Positions 17,581-28,420 of a stretch of 64,000 bases of DNA are shown here, piece after piece; position 1 is the stretch's first letter; each line of letters begins with the position of its first letter. The notes under the pieces were generated by a model. It was given only the letters and a program-made list of their open reading frames with translations. It was not told where the DNA came from and searched no databases. The stretch covers positions 147,588 to 211,587 of IMG/VR virus record IMGVR_UViG_3300042289_000986, one strand, 5' to 3'. Made by a program: the position numbers and the translations under genes.

Positions 17581-19470
17581 ATGGCACAAAGGAATTTTAC
17601 ACAATTTAGTCCAAGAACTTTTCCTTTAACTGGTGATTATGTCGTTGGTTATAAAAATGATGGTTCAGAAGAAATGCGAACAACCCTTCAGAACATTATT
17701 GATTTAGTTTATAACTCAGAACCAAGAAACTCAAGTGGATTTAGTATTGTTAAAGCCAATTCTTCATTTTGGGCTTATAATGGAACAGATTTAAAACAAC
17801 TTTCTGGTAATTGGCAAAGTACATTCAACACAGTATGCTCTTTATCTACTCTTTGGGATGCACAAGCAGAATTTATTGACTTAACTAATTTTGTAAGCTC
17901 TAATTCTGCTAATTGGGAATATCAAGGAACAGATATTAAAGCCTTAACGGCAAATTGGCAATCAACTTATATCTCAGTTCAAAATAATGGAGGAACCACT
18001 TGGGCTTATAATGGAACAGATGTTAAACAATTAACAGGTAATTGGCAAACAACATATTCAATTGTTAGCAGTAATTCTGCTTTATGGAACTTGGGTGGTT
18101 TCGGTTCTGGAGCAACAGGCGCAACTGGCGCAACAGGTGTCGGAGTAACTGGTGCTACTGGAACACAGGGTCCAATTGGTTCTATCGGACCAACGGGCGC
18201 AGCAGGACCATCTACTTCATATTATGAATTTAAAGCAGATGTTAATGCAACAAATACACCACCAAATGCTGGTACTATTAGATGGAATAATTTAACACAG
18301 TTAAGTGCAACACAAATTCATACAAGTCATTTAACTGATACCTTTCTTGATGTTGATATATTTTTAGCCTTACTTAAAGAAAATGATACATTAATTATTC
18401 AAGATAGAAATAATTCTGCAAATTATCAAAGATGGAGAGTTAATGCAGCACCAATTGTAGCTGATAATAGTTTTATTACATTTCCAGTTACTTTAATAAA
18501 TTCAACAACAACATTTACTAGTAATCAATCTTTAATTTTAGCAGTAGTATCAGCAGGTATAGCTGGACCTACTGGTCCAACTGGACCAACTGGAGCAGGA
18601 CAAACTGGAGCCACAGGACCAACAGGAGCTACTGGTTCAAATTTTAATTATACATCAATTACATTAAATAGAACACTTTCATCGAATGCTGGTTATATTT
18701 TTGATACAACAAGTAGTCCATTAACTGCAACATTACCTTTAAGTCCCGCAATTGGTGATTTTATTAATATAACAGCAACGATTCAACCAGGAAATCTATT
18801 AACTATCGATAGAAATGGTAGTAATATAAATTCTTCTGCTAGTGCTTTAGGTGTTGATATATCAAGTAATTTTTCTTTGGTTTACACAACATCATCTATT
18901 GGATGGAGGTTTATTCCATATTCAGGATTAACAAACCCAACTATTAAAATTTATAAAGCTGTTTGGAATACTCTTCTTACAAATTTAACTGGTACTAGTA
19001 GAATACCATTTACAACAACAGTTGTTAATACAGATCCAGAAATATTTGGTGGAATTACGAATCCTGGCATTTTAGGAGCACAATACATTACCATCAAAAA
19101 AACTGGTTATTATATGATTAATTCTAACCTTCACTTGTATGATTTACAAAACGGTTTGCAATTAATGGTTTCACTTTGGAAAAATGAACCTTCTACTGGA
19201 TACGCAACACCAGTAAAAGTCCAATCAATCGTAGATTTTCAAAGTGGAACAGTTTCACAAGACCAAATTTTATTTGGTAATGCGTTGTTAAACGTAACTC
19301 AAGATGATACTAGAATTTGGTTACAAGTTGAACACAATGGAACAAGTTTAGTTCCACCGATACCTAATGGTGGACCATTCCCATCTCTTAGAGACGTTTT
19401 AGTTGATCCTGCTCCACCAAACCAAACAACTTCAACACCACCAGATATTATCATAACAAAATTAGCATAA
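17581..19470 (+). CDS. Mosaic fibre protein (W-x-Y-x-GTD repeats, collagen segments, gp9/10-like domain, C1q/BclA-like tip)
   Basis: Three WAYNGTDLKQLSGNWQST-type repeats, G-X-T triplets, TLPLSPAIGDFI...LTIDRNG...GW module, KKTGYYMI. Confidence 0.7.
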   Translation: MAQRNFTQFSPRTFPLTGDYVVGYKNDGSEEMRTTLQNIIDLVYNSEPRNSSGFSIVKANSSFWAYNGTDLKQLSGNWQSTFNTVCSLSTLWDAQAEFIDLTNFVSSNSANWEYQGTDIKALTANWQSTYISVQNNGGTTWAYNGTDVKQLTGNWQTTYSIVSSNSALWNLGGFGSGATGATGATGVGVTGATGTQGPIGSIGPTGAAGPSTSYYEFKADVNATNTPPNAGTIRWNNLTQLSATQIHTSHLTDTFLDVDIFLALLKENDTLIIQDRNNSANYQRWRVNAAPIVADNSFITFPVTLINSTTTFTSNQSLILAVVSAGIAGPTGPTGPTGAGQTGATGPTGATGSNFNYTSITLNRTLSSNAGYIFDTTSSPLTATLPLSPAIGDFINITATIQPGNLLTIDRNGSNINSSASALGVDISSNFSLVYTTSSIGWRFIPYSGLTNPTIKIYKAVWNTLLTNLTGTSRIPFTTTVVNTDPEIFGGITNPGILGAQYITIKKTGYYMINSNLHLYDLQNGLQLMVSLWKNEPSTGYATPVKVQSIVDFQSGTVSQDQILFGNALLNVTQDDTRIWLQVEHNGTSLVPPIPNGGPFPSLRDVLVDPAPPNQTTSTPPDIIITKLA

Positions 19471-19479
19471 ATAAAAAAT

Positions 19480-20583
19480 ATGATTACACTTTCAAATTTA
19501 TATCCAATACAAAACATAGGTTTTACTGGACCTACTGGTGGAATCGGACCAACAGGTGCTCAAGGAAACACTGGTAACATTGGGCCAACTGGATCGCAAG
19601 GAAACACTGGTTTAATTGGTCCAACAGGTGCTCAAGGAAATACTGGTTTAATTGGTCCAACAGGTGCTCAAGGAAATACTGGTTTAATTGGACCAACAGG
19701 AACACAAGGAAATACTGGTATAGTAGGACCAACAGGAACACAAGGAAATACTGGCTTAACAGGACCAACTGGTGCAGGAAATACAGGATCAACAGGACCA
19801 ACTGGTATTCAAGGAAACACAGGTGAAACTGGTCCAACGGGTGCTCAAGGAAATACTGGTCCAACTGGTATTCAAGGAAACACAGGTATAATGGGTCCAA
19901 CTGGATCGCAAGGAAACACAGGAGCAACTGGAGCAGGAACAACAGGACCAACTGGTGCAACTGGCACAACATTTGATTATGTATCAATAGAAACAAATAA
20001 TACGCTTTTAAGTTCTAACGAAGGTTTTATTTTTAATACATACACATCACCAATCACCGCAACACTTCCATTAAATCCATTAACTGGTGCATTTATTAAT
20101 ATTACATTTGAAAAATACAGTTCAAATAATTTAACAATTGAAAGAAATGGAAGTAATATCGATGGTGTTGCTGAAGATTTAATTTGTGATGTATCAGGAA
20201 ACTTTTCTTTAATTTATACAAATATTGTAGTTGGTTGGAAATTTATTCCATATTCAGGATTAACATTTGCACCAGCAACTCTAACATTAGATACAGTTAC
20301 TACAAGTAGATCTTTTGAATTAACAGATAGTAGTGAATTTATCACTGCTAATTCTAATAATGCAATTACATTAACTATTCCAGATGATAATTCTGTTAAT
20401 TTTACCAACGGAACACAAATTAGTATACTTCGTTTAAATACAGGAACAGTTGCATTATCTGCTGCAAACGGAGTAACATTAAGAAGTGCAGAAAATAAAC
20501 GCAGCATAAGAGCACAAAATTCTGTTGCTACTGTTGTTAAATTATCTGCCAATGATTGGAGTCTTTTTGGAGATATATCATAA
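19480..20583 (+). CDS. Collagen-like fibre protein
   Basis: Long G-X-Y run (GPT/GAQ/GNT) followed by a domain paralogous to the one in 17581..19470. Confidence 0.75.
   Translation: MITLSNLYPIQNIGFTGPTGGIGPTGAQGNTGNIGPTGSQGNTGLIGPTGAQGNTGLIGPTGAQGNTGLIGPTGTQGNTGIVGPTGTQGNTGLTGPTGAGNTGSTGPTGIQGNTGETGPTGAQGNTGPTGIQGNTGIMGPTGSQGNTGATGAGTTGPTGATGTTFDYVSIETNNTLLSSNEGFIFNTYTSPITATLPLNPLTGAFINITFEKYSSNNLTIERNGSNIDGVAEDLICDVSGNFSLIYTNIVVGWKFIPYSGLTFAPATLTLDTVTTSRSFELTDSSEFITANSNNAITLTIPDDNSVNFTNGTQISILRLNTGTVALSAANGVTLRSAENKRSIRAQNSVATVVKLSANDWSLFGDIS
19525..19965 (+). repeat. Collagen-coding tandem repeats (36-bp [12 protein letters not shown] units)
   Basis: Near-identical ggtccaacaggtgctcaaggaaatactggtttaatt units. 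Confidence 0.85.
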
Positions 20584-21287
20584 TGAGAGTATTTTCGGGA
20601 TCTTTAGCAGGATCAAACTCTTTAATAGGTGAAGATCGCGCCATTAATTACGGAGGTTCTTTCGCTGGTGCATCTAATTTTGGCTATGGTTTTGATGCTT
20701 GGGATTTTACATCAACAGGTAATGCGGGTGCGTTTATTGGACCTTCGTTTGGTGGTTTAATAGATACAAACGGTTCTTCTTTTGGATTATATGGTAATGG
20801 AGCAGGAAGTAATTTTATTGATGTAAGAAGAAACCTTCCTGCAAATTTATCGGTAGGATATGCATTATCCGCAGCAATATCTGTCAATTTTAGAAATGGA
20901 AATAAAGGATTTAGTGTTTACCATAATAACACTTGGGATCCCAACCAAGAAGTCTTTAACTTTAATGTAGGATCCAATGATTATATTATTAATGGAGTAG
21001 GAACTGGACAGGCATATTCTTCAACAATGGTTGCAAAGATTGTTTTGAAAAAAACTAATTTAAATTCTTATAGTTATTCTGTTACATTGGGAACAACGAC
21101 ATATACTGCAAATGATATAACACGTAACGGTTATAGTAATATTAGAGGTTTTAAATTTTATATTTCAAATACTGAAGGAGCACCAAATAACGATTTATAT
21201 TTTAACAGTATAAAAGTTTATAAAATAGACGAACCTATCAGTACAATACCAACATCAACATTTACAACTTTTGTGTCTTATGAATAA
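20583..21287 (+). CDS. Putative virion beta-sandwich (lectin-like) protein
   Basis: G/S/N/F-rich beta-type sequence ending NNDLYFNSIKV; start moved to ATG 20583. Confidence 0.5.
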   Translation: MRVFSGSLAGSNSLIGEDRAINYGGSFAGASNFGYGFDAWDFTSTGNAGAFIGPSFGGLIDTNGSSFGLYGNGAGSNFIDVRRNLPANLSVGYALSAAISVNFRNGNKGFSVYHNNTWDPNQEVFNFNVGSNDYIINGVGTGQAYSSTMVAKIVLKKTNLNSYSYSVTLGTTTYTANDITRNGYSNIRGFKFYISNTEGAPNNDLYFNSIKVYKIDEPISTIPTSTFTTFVSYE

Positions 21288-22503
21288 CATTAAAGATATA
21301 GAAAAATTAACACAAAAGCTTTTAGCAGAAACTCCAGAATATGTTCATTCGGTTGGTTATGGTTTTAAAGAAGTTGATGGAAAATTAACAGACGAATTTT
21401 CTATAGTTTTTGGTGTTACAGAAAAAAAACCATTATCATCTATTCCACAAAATGAAATTTTACCATCAACAATAACAACAGAAGATGGTAGTATTTTTAC
21501 TACTGATGTTATTCAAATACCACAAGCTGTTGCATACCCATCTTGCTATGAAATTAGTAATTCAGTTGAACCCGTTTCATTACATAGATCATCTCGAACA
21601 ACATATATCGGTGGAACAAGAATATCAATAGATAATCCATTAAATTTAGGAAACAGTGCATTTACAGGAACTATGGGACTTATCTGTAAAGATCTCACCG
21701 ACAATACTCTTGTTGCATTAACAAATGCACACGTTGCTGCTTATACAGAAAGAGACGCATCTTTATTGTCTTCAAGTTTTAGCAATAGACAAACAACAGT
21801 ATACCAAGCTTTCCCTTGGTCAAATCAATCTACAATGAAATTAAAAAGGTATGTTCCGCTTTTAGCAAGTGGAAACACAATTGATGCAGCAGTTGTAGCC
21901 ATAACAAATTCAAGTAGAGTAAACACACTTACATCTTTTAAACAATTAAATTTAAATTATGGAAATCTTGAATTTGCCACTACCTCTGAAATTGATAATT
22001 TGGTCATAAATAAAAATCCAATTTTTAAATCAGGTGCAACAACTGGTCCTGTTGGATGGCCAGGTTCTATACCTTGGGGTTCTGAATCGTGTTCTCTTAC
22101 TGCTACCCAAGTCGGAGTTTCTGTAGGTGTTAATTTTAGTGGAAATATTTTAAATTTTACATCATGTTTAACTTATAGAGGAACATTTACTGTTGCTAGT
22201 AGTGGTGGAGATTCGGGTAGTGCTGTTTGTGCATTAATAAACCCCGAAAGTCAATCTTTAAGCGCATGGAAAGTGGTTGGTTTAACTTTTGCTGGTTCAG
22301 ATTTAGGAGATAATAGTCCATCGTATGCATGTCGCATCGATAATATTTGTTCTACTTTACAATTAACAGCATGGGATGGTCAAACCACCGCTTTAACAAA
22401 TTTGGGAAATGAAAGAGTTAAATATGTAGAAGGAAAATCATCAGAACCGTTTGTTATAGAAAATGGAAAAAGATATTGGCAGACAGGATTAACCGTTATT
22501 TAA
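21280..22503 (+). CDS. Trypsin-like (S1, Nal1-like) serine protease
   Basis: Catalytic triad motifs LTNAHVA, IDAAVV, GGDSGS; KSGATTG; VGLTFAG. Confidence 0.8.
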   Translation: MNNIKDIEKLTQKLLAETPEYVHSVGYGFKEVDGKLTDEFSIVFGVTEKKPLSSIPQNEILPSTITTEDGSIFTTDVIQIPQAVAYPSCYEISNSVEPVSLHRSSRTTYIGGTRISIDNPLNLGNSAFTGTMGLICKDLTDNTLVALTNAHVAAYTERDASLLSSSFSNRQTTVYQAFPWSNQSTMKLKRYVPLLASGNTIDAAVVAITNSSRVNTLTSFKQLNLNYGNLEFATTSEIDNLVINKNPIFKSGATTGPVGWPGSIPWGSESCSLTATQVGVSVGVNFSGNILNFTSCLTYRGTFTVASSGGDSGSAVCALINPESQSLSAWKVVGLTFAGSDLGDNSPSYACRIDNICSTLQLTAWDGQTTALTNLGNERVKYVEGKSSEPFVIENGKRYWQTGLTVI

Positions 22504-22505
22504 TT

Positions 22506-22844
22506 ATGAAAAACGTAGAAATATATGATCAATATGCAAATGTTTATTTGAATAATCAAACTAATGAATTAGTTGTATTAAATTTAAATTATAATGAAGA
22601 ATTAGATACAAGTTTATATACTTTGGTTCATTCTAGTTCTGGTTTTGTTATATCAAAAGGTGAAAATTTAAACACGGAAAGTGCATTAAGTTTAGTCGAA
22701 GAACTTTATGTAGAATCCCAAAATTTAGGAGAAAATTATCAAGAAAAAAATATAAATTTAGAAAATGGCTACGTGGAAATGATTATATCTTTCAATGACG
22801 GTAAAAAACTTAATAGAGTTATCTATATTAAGGATAATTTATAA
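22506..22844 (+). CDS. Hypothetical acidic protein
   Basis: ORF directly after the protease; start moved to ATG 22506. Confidence 0.5.
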   Translation: MKNVEIYDQYANVYLNNQTNELVVLNLNYNEELDTSLYTLVHSSSGFVISKGENLNTESALSLVEELYVESQNLGENYQEKNINLENGYVEMIISFNDGKKLNRVIYIKDNL

Positions 22845-22868
22845 TGTAAAGTGATAAATATTTAGAAT

Positions 22869-24320
22869 ATGGCTTTATTATCTGAAAAATATCCAATTAC
22901 TCAGTCTACAGGACCAACAGGTTCAACAGGAGCAACTGGTGCTGGCCAAACTGGTGCTACTGGAAACACTGGTATAGTAGGACCAACTGGAGCACAAGGA
23001 AATACTGGTGATATTGGACCAACAGGCTCTCAAGGAAACACAGGTATAGTAGGCCCAACTGGAGCACAAGGAAATACTGGTGATATTGGACCAACAGGCT
23101 CTCAAGGAAACACAGGTATAGTAGGCCCAACTGGAGCACAAGGAAATACTGGCCAAACAGGTTCGCAAGGAAACACTGGCGCAACTGGTAATGATGGATC
23201 AACTGGTCCTACAGGTTCAGGAAACACAGGAGCAACAGGTCAAACTGGAGCACAAGGAAATACAGGTGATATCGGTCCAACTGGAGCACAAGGAAATACA
23301 GGCCAAACTGGTGCTCAAGGAAATACAGGCATAGTGGGTCCAACTGGAACACAAGGAAATACAGGTGCAACAGGATCCACTGGTTTAGCAGGAGACAAAT
23401 ATACTACAACATCAACTACTAATACAAACATAGCCACAGGGTCAAAAACATTCACTGTTGATAGTGGTCTTGCTTATAGTATAGGACAATCTGTAATAGT
23501 TTCTTTTGATTCTTCTAATAAAATGGAAGGATCTGTTACAAGTTATTCTGGTACAACATTGATTGTAGATGTAACAACAATTACAGGTTCTGGAACATAT
23601 AATAGTTGGAGCGTAAGCTTGTCTGGAGCACCTGGACCCGCTGGTTTAACAGGCGCAACGGGAGCCACTGGTACTAATGGTACGAATGGAACAACTGGAG
23701 CAACAGGTGCTACTGGTACGGATGGAACAACAGGCGCAACGGGAGCCACTGGTACTAATGGTACGAATGGAACAACTGGAGCAACAGGTGCTACTGGTAC
23801 GGATGGAACAACAGGCGCAACAGGTGCTACTGGTACGAATGGAACAAACGGATCAACTGGATCAACTGGAACAACAGGAACTACTGGTGATTCCGCTTGG
23901 AAAATATTTGATATGAGTTTTGATTACGGTGAATATGATGTAAATAACGTTGTTACAAATGCAATTATTAGCAATGCTATAGTCACAATTCCATCTTGTG
24001 TCTTAATGGATAATACCAGCAATACTCATGCAAGCGCAAACGTAAACATAAGACTTGTAATCTTACAAGAGTATGGAGGAATTACAAACATGACATATGA
24101 TATACTTGCATATTCTGGAGGAAGTCCAACTGTTTATACTCCAACACTAACACAATTTACAACAAATGGACCCAATAATGCTGCTACAGAGCATGTTATT
24201 GGTAACTGGTTTACCCATAACATATCTGCACAAGGTACAACATTTCAACTAAGAGCATCTCGAAACGCTAATGGTTTTACAAGAATTAAAAAAGTTTATT
24301 TACAAGTTAGGAAAAACTGA
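22869..24320 (+). CDS. Collagen-like fibre protein
   Basis: Two G-X-T-rich collagen runs separated by a beta domain ([17 protein letters not shown]...[10 protein letters not shown]). Confidence 0.75.
   Translation: MALLSEKYPITQSTGPTGSTGATGAGQTGATGNTGIVGPTGAQGNTGDIGPTGSQGNTGIVGPTGAQGNTGDIGPTGSQGNTGIVGPTGAQGNTGQTGSQGNTGATGNDGSTGPTGSGNTGATGQTGAQGNTGDIGPTGAQGNTGQTGAQGNTGIVGPTGTQGNTGATGSTGLAGDKYTTTSTTNTNIATGSKTFTVDSGLAYSIGQSVIVSFDSSNKMEGSVTSYSGTTLIVDVTTITGSGTYNSWSVSLSGAPGPAGLTGATGATGTNGTNGTTGATGATGTDGTTGATGATGTNGTNGTTGATGATGTDGTTGATGATGTNGTNGSTGSTGTTGTTGDSAWKIFDMSFDYGEYDVNNVVTNAIISNAIVTIPSCVLMDNTSNTHASANVNIRLVILQEYGGITNMTYDILAYSGGSPTVYTPTLTQFTTNGPNNAATEHVIGNWFTHNISAQGTTFQLRASRNANGFTRIKKVYLQVRKN
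22905..23890 (+). repeat. Collagen-coding repeats including 63-bp and 81-bp direct duplications
   Basis: [21 protein letters not shown] units at about 22970-23150; 81-bp unit at 23649 and 23730. Confidence 0.8.
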
Positions 24321-24332
24321 TAAATTAATAAT

Positions 24333-24548
24333 ATGGCATATTTTGATACAGAATTAAATGAAGCATGGGCATGGTTTGCGGTAAACTGGGAATTGTGGAT
24401 AAATTTAAATACATCACTAACTGATGGTTTAAAATTTGTGTTTGATAATACTGGTGGACCATCTGGACCGCATAAAGAAACACATTGGCAGTGGGTTAGA
24501 AATAATAGAGAAGAATTATTAAATTTATACAATTCTTTAAAGAACTAA
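24333..24548 (+). CDS. Small Trp-rich hypothetical protein
   Basis: 71-aa ORF following a fibre gene. Confidence 0.5.
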   Translation: MAYFDTELNEAWAWFAVNWELWINLNTSLTDGLKFVFDNTGGPSGPHKETHWQWVRNNREELLNLYNSLKN

Positions 24549-25646
24549 TTTTTCTTTAAAAAAATTTATATTTTGTTGAATTCTTGGTTTTTGGTCTTCA
24601 GGTATTTTGTGAATTAATTCTTCACAGATCCTTAAACCTTCTTCATAATGTCCTGTCCAATAACAAGAGACAGAAAATTCATCATCTAAACCATAATCCC
24701 ATATCCAACTTTCAACAAACAAACCTGTTTTATCAATCTTTAATGTTTTAGCATATCTACCAAGAATATAAGCTTGATGATCTCTTTGATGCATTCTACA
24801 AAAACGAATAGCACCATGCAATGCTTCAATTCTTGATGTGCATTTTTCATATGCTCGAAGATAACTTTGTACAATATCATCTTCAGGATATCCCATGATT
24901 TCTTTTAATCGAGCTATTTGATATAAAGACCAATAAACTTCTTGATCCCAACCTCCCAACTCTGCTCTTTTATTGTACCAATATATTGCCTTTCCTTTTT
25001 GTTCACAATCTTTGTATGATTGAGCAAGATAAAAAGTATATCTTGGAATTAAATGCGGGTCTTTTTCTGTTTTTAATGCATCTTCTAAGACTTTAGCATC
25101 TTTTTGATACTTTTCATTATCACTATTTCTCGCAGAATCTTGTATAGGTACATTATATATTCCTTTTGCAGTATCCCTGCTTAAAATTGGCTCTGCACAC
25201 TCAAGATATTCGTGTAAAATGCTTTTATAAAAATATTTTTTAGAATTTTTAAATAAATTTGTTCTTGCATATTCAATATTTGCATATTTGCATGTTATAT
25301 AATATAAATCTGCTGTTAAATTGTTTTTAAAATCGTTTACATTAAAGTTTTCATCAAATTTTAATATTTCATCAGCATCAATTGTTAAAACATAATCAAT
25401 ATCAGCATGTTTTCGAAGGTTTTCTAATGACTTAGTTCTGTTAAATGAAAAGTTTTCCCATTTTTCTTCATTTACTTCTCCATCAACGTTGTTATTTTTT
25501 AACCAATCTTTAATAATTTGAATTGTATTGTCTGTTGAACCAGTATCCGATATACAAACATAATCGATTAGTGGTTTTACACTATCTAAACATCGCTGAA
25601 TCACTTTAGATTCATTTTTAACTATCATACACAAACCTATCTTCAT
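24537..25646 (-). CDS. GT2 glycosyltransferase with TPR repeats
   Basis: IGLCMIVKNE, DTGSTDNT, NFSFNR, IDADE, LHEY, followed by TPR helices (RYTFYLAQSYKD...AIYWY). Confidence 0.88.
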   Translation of the reverse strand: MKIGLCMIVKNESKVIQRCLDSVKPLIDYVCISDTGSTDNTIQIIKDWLKNNNVDGEVNEEKWENFSFNRTKSLENLRKHADIDYVLTIDADEILKFDENFNVNDFKNNLTADLYYITCKYANIEYARTNLFKNSKKYFYKSILHEYLECAEPILSRDTAKGIYNVPIQDSARNSDNEKYQKDAKVLEDALKTEKDPHLIPRYTFYLAQSYKDCEQKGKAIYWYNKRAELGGWDQEVYWSLYQIARLKEIMGYPEDDIVQSYLRAYEKCTSRIEALHGAIRFCRMHQRDHQAYILGRYAKTLKIDKTGLFVESWIWDYGLDDEFSVSCYWTGHYEEGLRICEELIHKIPEDQKPRIQQNINFFKEKLVL

Positions 25647-26539
25647 GTTTTAATTAACTTTAATACATTTAAATATACCATTTCTACACTAATTCCAGCC
25701 ATACAAGCATGTTTTGGATCTTCATAAGTTTGATCTGGTGGATTTTGACATGGACCCATCGACATTGTACTGATTTTAGGATCTTCTTTAAAGCATGGTT
25801 GACAAGGCAAATTTAATGATATGTTAATATTAAAAGGATAACCTGTTCCGTTATATTGAGTTGAACCAAAAAGTATTATTGCTTTAGTTCTTCCCTTATT
25901 TCTCCATTGAATGTTTGATGTAACCTGAAAAACAGAATCCAATCCAATGTGACCTAGTGCCCATGCTTGGGCCGCAACTTTTTCTTCAAAAGAATCACTA
26001 CAAAATGAACCATCTATGTTATTCATGATGATATCATGAGGTCCTCCTATTTGGTATATTTCAATTTCAGGATGATTTTGTTTTATTAAATCAATTAATT
26101 TTTGCCAACCCCACCATTCTTTATATGCAGACCACCCAGTTTTGTTTTGAAATGTAATATATCTTGGAGTATTTCGATTCTTAATTTTTTTAGGTAATGG
26201 TGGAAGATCAAGTTCAAAGTCATCAAATGTAAAATTTACACCCAATTCATTTGCAAAATAATAGAGTATATGATTTTGCATTTTTTTATGAGGATATCCT
26301 TCGTGCAATGGATACCCAACAAGATTTACAGTTTTTGAGAAATTATTTGAATCATATTTTTCTAACGGATAAAAATGTTCTAACAAATTATTATTTTTTA
26401 CAAAATTATTTAAAATTGAATGAATAGATTCATGACAAAAATAATGCACTTCGTATTTTTCTTTTAACTGTTTTACAAAATTAAAATTTAATAAAACATC
26501 GCCAATTGCACCTGGTCGATATAAGGCTACTTTTTGCAT
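25643..26539 (-). CDS. GT9 (heptosyltransferase-like) glycosyltransferase
   Basis: RPGAIGDVL, KEW, QIGG, HIGLDS, IILFGST, LPCQPC, CMAGISVEMV. Confidence 0.8.
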   Translation of the reverse strand: MQKVALYRPGAIGDVLLNFNFVKQLKEKYEVHYFCHESIHSILNNFVKNNNLLEHFYPLEKYDSNNFSKTVNLVGYPLHEGYPHKKMQNHILYYFANELGVNFTFDDFELDLPPLPKKIKNRNTPRYITFQNKTGWSAYKEWWGWQKLIDLIKQNHPEIEIYQIGGPHDIIMNNIDGSFCSDSFEEKVAAQAWALGHIGLDSVFQVTSNIQWRNKGRTKAIILFGSTQYNGTGYPFNINISLNLPCQPCFKEDPKISTMSMGPCQNPPDQTYEDPKHACMAGISVEMVYLNVLKLIKT

Positions 26540-26569
26540 TTATATAGTATATTTTAATATAAATAAAAA

Positions 26570-27472
26570 TCAATAAGGACTATTGGATACTCTTGTAATA
26601 AGCATATATGGTTGAGTACCAAAATTATTATTAAATACTGGATACCCTTGATTACCGTTTCCGCCGTTTGCACCGCCATGTAAAACTGTTACCGCATAAA
26701 AAGTTTGTGGTGATAAAAGTACACTAATAGAACCTCTTTGAGAAGATTCTCCATTTCCTGTTGTATCCGTAAATCCTTGCGCTATATTTCCAATTAAAGT
26801 TGCAAGATTTACGTTTGATGTATTAATAAATTGATTGTTTTGATATAAACGAAGTCTCATAAAATCTGTTGGATCTGTCATATCATACGAAGCATATCTT
26901 ATTTCAATATTATATAAACCACCTTCAGTAACAGTAAAATTTGTATGTGTTCCAGTGTTGTTTCCAGTTTCTAAAACAGGAGATATATAAAACGTCAGAG
27001 GAGTATTAAAAGAAATTACATTTTCTAAATTATACAACCATCGATTCCATCGAATAACGTTTTCAATTCCATTTGTTGTGTTTGATAATCCATTATTTAA
27101 ATTTATATCAAATCTTAAATAACAAGGATTAACTGAACCAGAAGGACCAGTTGGTCCAGTTGGTCCTATTGGCCCTCCTGATGGACCAGTTGGTCCAGTT
27201 GGTCCTATTGGCCCTCCTGATGGACCAGTTGGACCTGTAACCCCTGTTGGTCCTGTGTTTCCAAAACCTGTAGCTCCAGTTGGTCCCGTTGGTCCAGTTA
27301 CTCCTGTATTTCCAGAACCCGTAGCTCCAGTTGGACCAGTTGATCCTGTGTTTCCTGTAGCACCAATTGCACCCAAATTTGGGATATCAGAAGTTTCTAT
27401 TACATTAATAGAACGAACCGTAGCATCTTTGGGTTCTATATGCTTTCCATAAATGTTAAATTCCAATGCCAT
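26570..27472 (-). CDS. Short collagen-like protein with C1q/BclA-like C-terminal domain
   Basis: GPT repeats, then [15 protein letters not shown]...PYMLITRVS. Confidence 0.7.
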   Translation of the reverse strand: MALEFNIYGKHIEPKDATVRSINVIETSDIPNLGAIGATGNTGSTGPTGATGSGNTGVTGPTGPTGATGFGNTGPTGVTGPTGPSGGPIGPTGPTGPSGGPIGPTGPTGPSGSVNPCYLRFDINLNNGLSNTTNGIENVIRWNRWLYNLENVISFNTPLTFYISPVLETGNNTGTHTNFTVTEGGLYNIEIRYASYDMTDPTDFMRLRLYQNNQFINTSNVNLATLIGNIAQGFTDTTGNGESSQRGSISVLLSPQTFYAVTVLHGGANGGNGNQGYPVFNNNFGTQPYMLITRVSNSPY

Positions 27473-27473
27473 T

Positions 27474-27683
27474 TTAATTAAATGTACCAGTTATAGGATC
27501 GTATGTTTTATCTAAAAGACTTATATCGTAATCACTTTCTATGCATAATGCGTTTTGAGTATTTGCGCTTCTATTATTATTTTCATCAATAGAAATATTA
27601 GTAACTTCAAAATTTTCATCTTTAAAAGATGAAAATTGAATTGGTTTATTTGTAAATGGATTTATTAGAATATAGTAGTTCAT
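27474..27683 (-). CDS. Small fibre-associated protein
   Basis: 69 aa ending [14 protein letters not shown], between two paralogous tip genes. Confidence 0.45.
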   Translation of the reverse strand: MNYYILINPFTNKPIQFSSFKDENFEVTNISIDENNNRSANTQNALCIESDYDISLLDKTYDPITGTFN

Positions 27684-27685
27684 AA

Positions 27686-28381
27686 TTAAGATATTTTTAT
27701 TACATGAAAATAAGGTCTGGTTCCATATGAATTTTCAAAAACAGGAAAACCACCAGTTCCAGGAGTAGGTGTAGTAATAACTGCTGTTCCTCCAGTATGG
27801 AAAAATGTTGCAACTATATAATAAGGAACTGCATTAACATCCAATATAAATGTACCTCTTCTTTGGGCAGCAGCGTTATTAGATGTTCCGACAATGCCAT
27901 CACCGATTGTATCAATTAAAGTTCCGCCGACTGTTGTAGTTATTGGCGTTGATTGTTGTCCTCTTAATCTTAATCTTAGTGTTGCTCCAGTTGGATTATT
28001 TAAATCATAAGAAGCATATCTAATATCTATTAAATATCTTCCAGTTTGTTTTAAAATCATGTTATTTAAAGTAGCATCTGCTTCAATGATATTCGTATTT
28101 GTTTGAAGTGTTACTGCATTCCAATCAACAATATATTCAACACTATTATATGTATTTACTAATCCAGCATTTGATGTTATTTCCATTTCGGCGGCTGGAA
28201 ATGATACAGCACCACTAGACCAACTAGCAGAATTTTGTCTTACGAAAGTTGTTACAGGTAAACCATTAGAAAAATTTATATAATTAATTTTTTTAGTTGT
28301 GCCATTATTTACAATAGGCAAAACATCAGTATTCGCGGGTTGACTTATTTCTAATAATTGAGATATTTTTTTATCAGCCAT
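27686..28381 (-). CDS. Fibre tip protein (MADKKISQL N-terminus; C-terminal domain paralogous to 26570..27472)
   Basis: QTGRYLIDIRYASYD...FPVFENSYGTRPYFHVIKIS matches the downstream paralog. Confidence 0.65.
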   Translation of the reverse strand: MADKKISQLLEISQPANTDVLPIVNNGTTKKINYINFSNGLPVTTFVRQNSASWSSGAVSFPAAEMEITSNAGLVNTYNSVEYIVDWNAVTLQTNTNIIEADATLNNMILKQTGRYLIDIRYASYDLNNPTGATLRLRLRGQQSTPITTTVGGTLIDTIGDGIVGTSNNAAAQRRGTFILDVNAVPYYIVATFFHTGGTAVITTPTPGTGGFPVFENSYGTRPYFHVIKIS

Positions 28382-28420
28382 AATATTATTTATTCGTTTT
28401 TTTCATTTTTAAAGAACAAA

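Noticed and set aside
19532-19996. Antisense or alternate-frame ORFs over collagen repeats (also 22923-23202, 23543-23916, 27255-27452)
   Set aside because: Shadow ORFs caused by stop-poor G-X-Y repeats.
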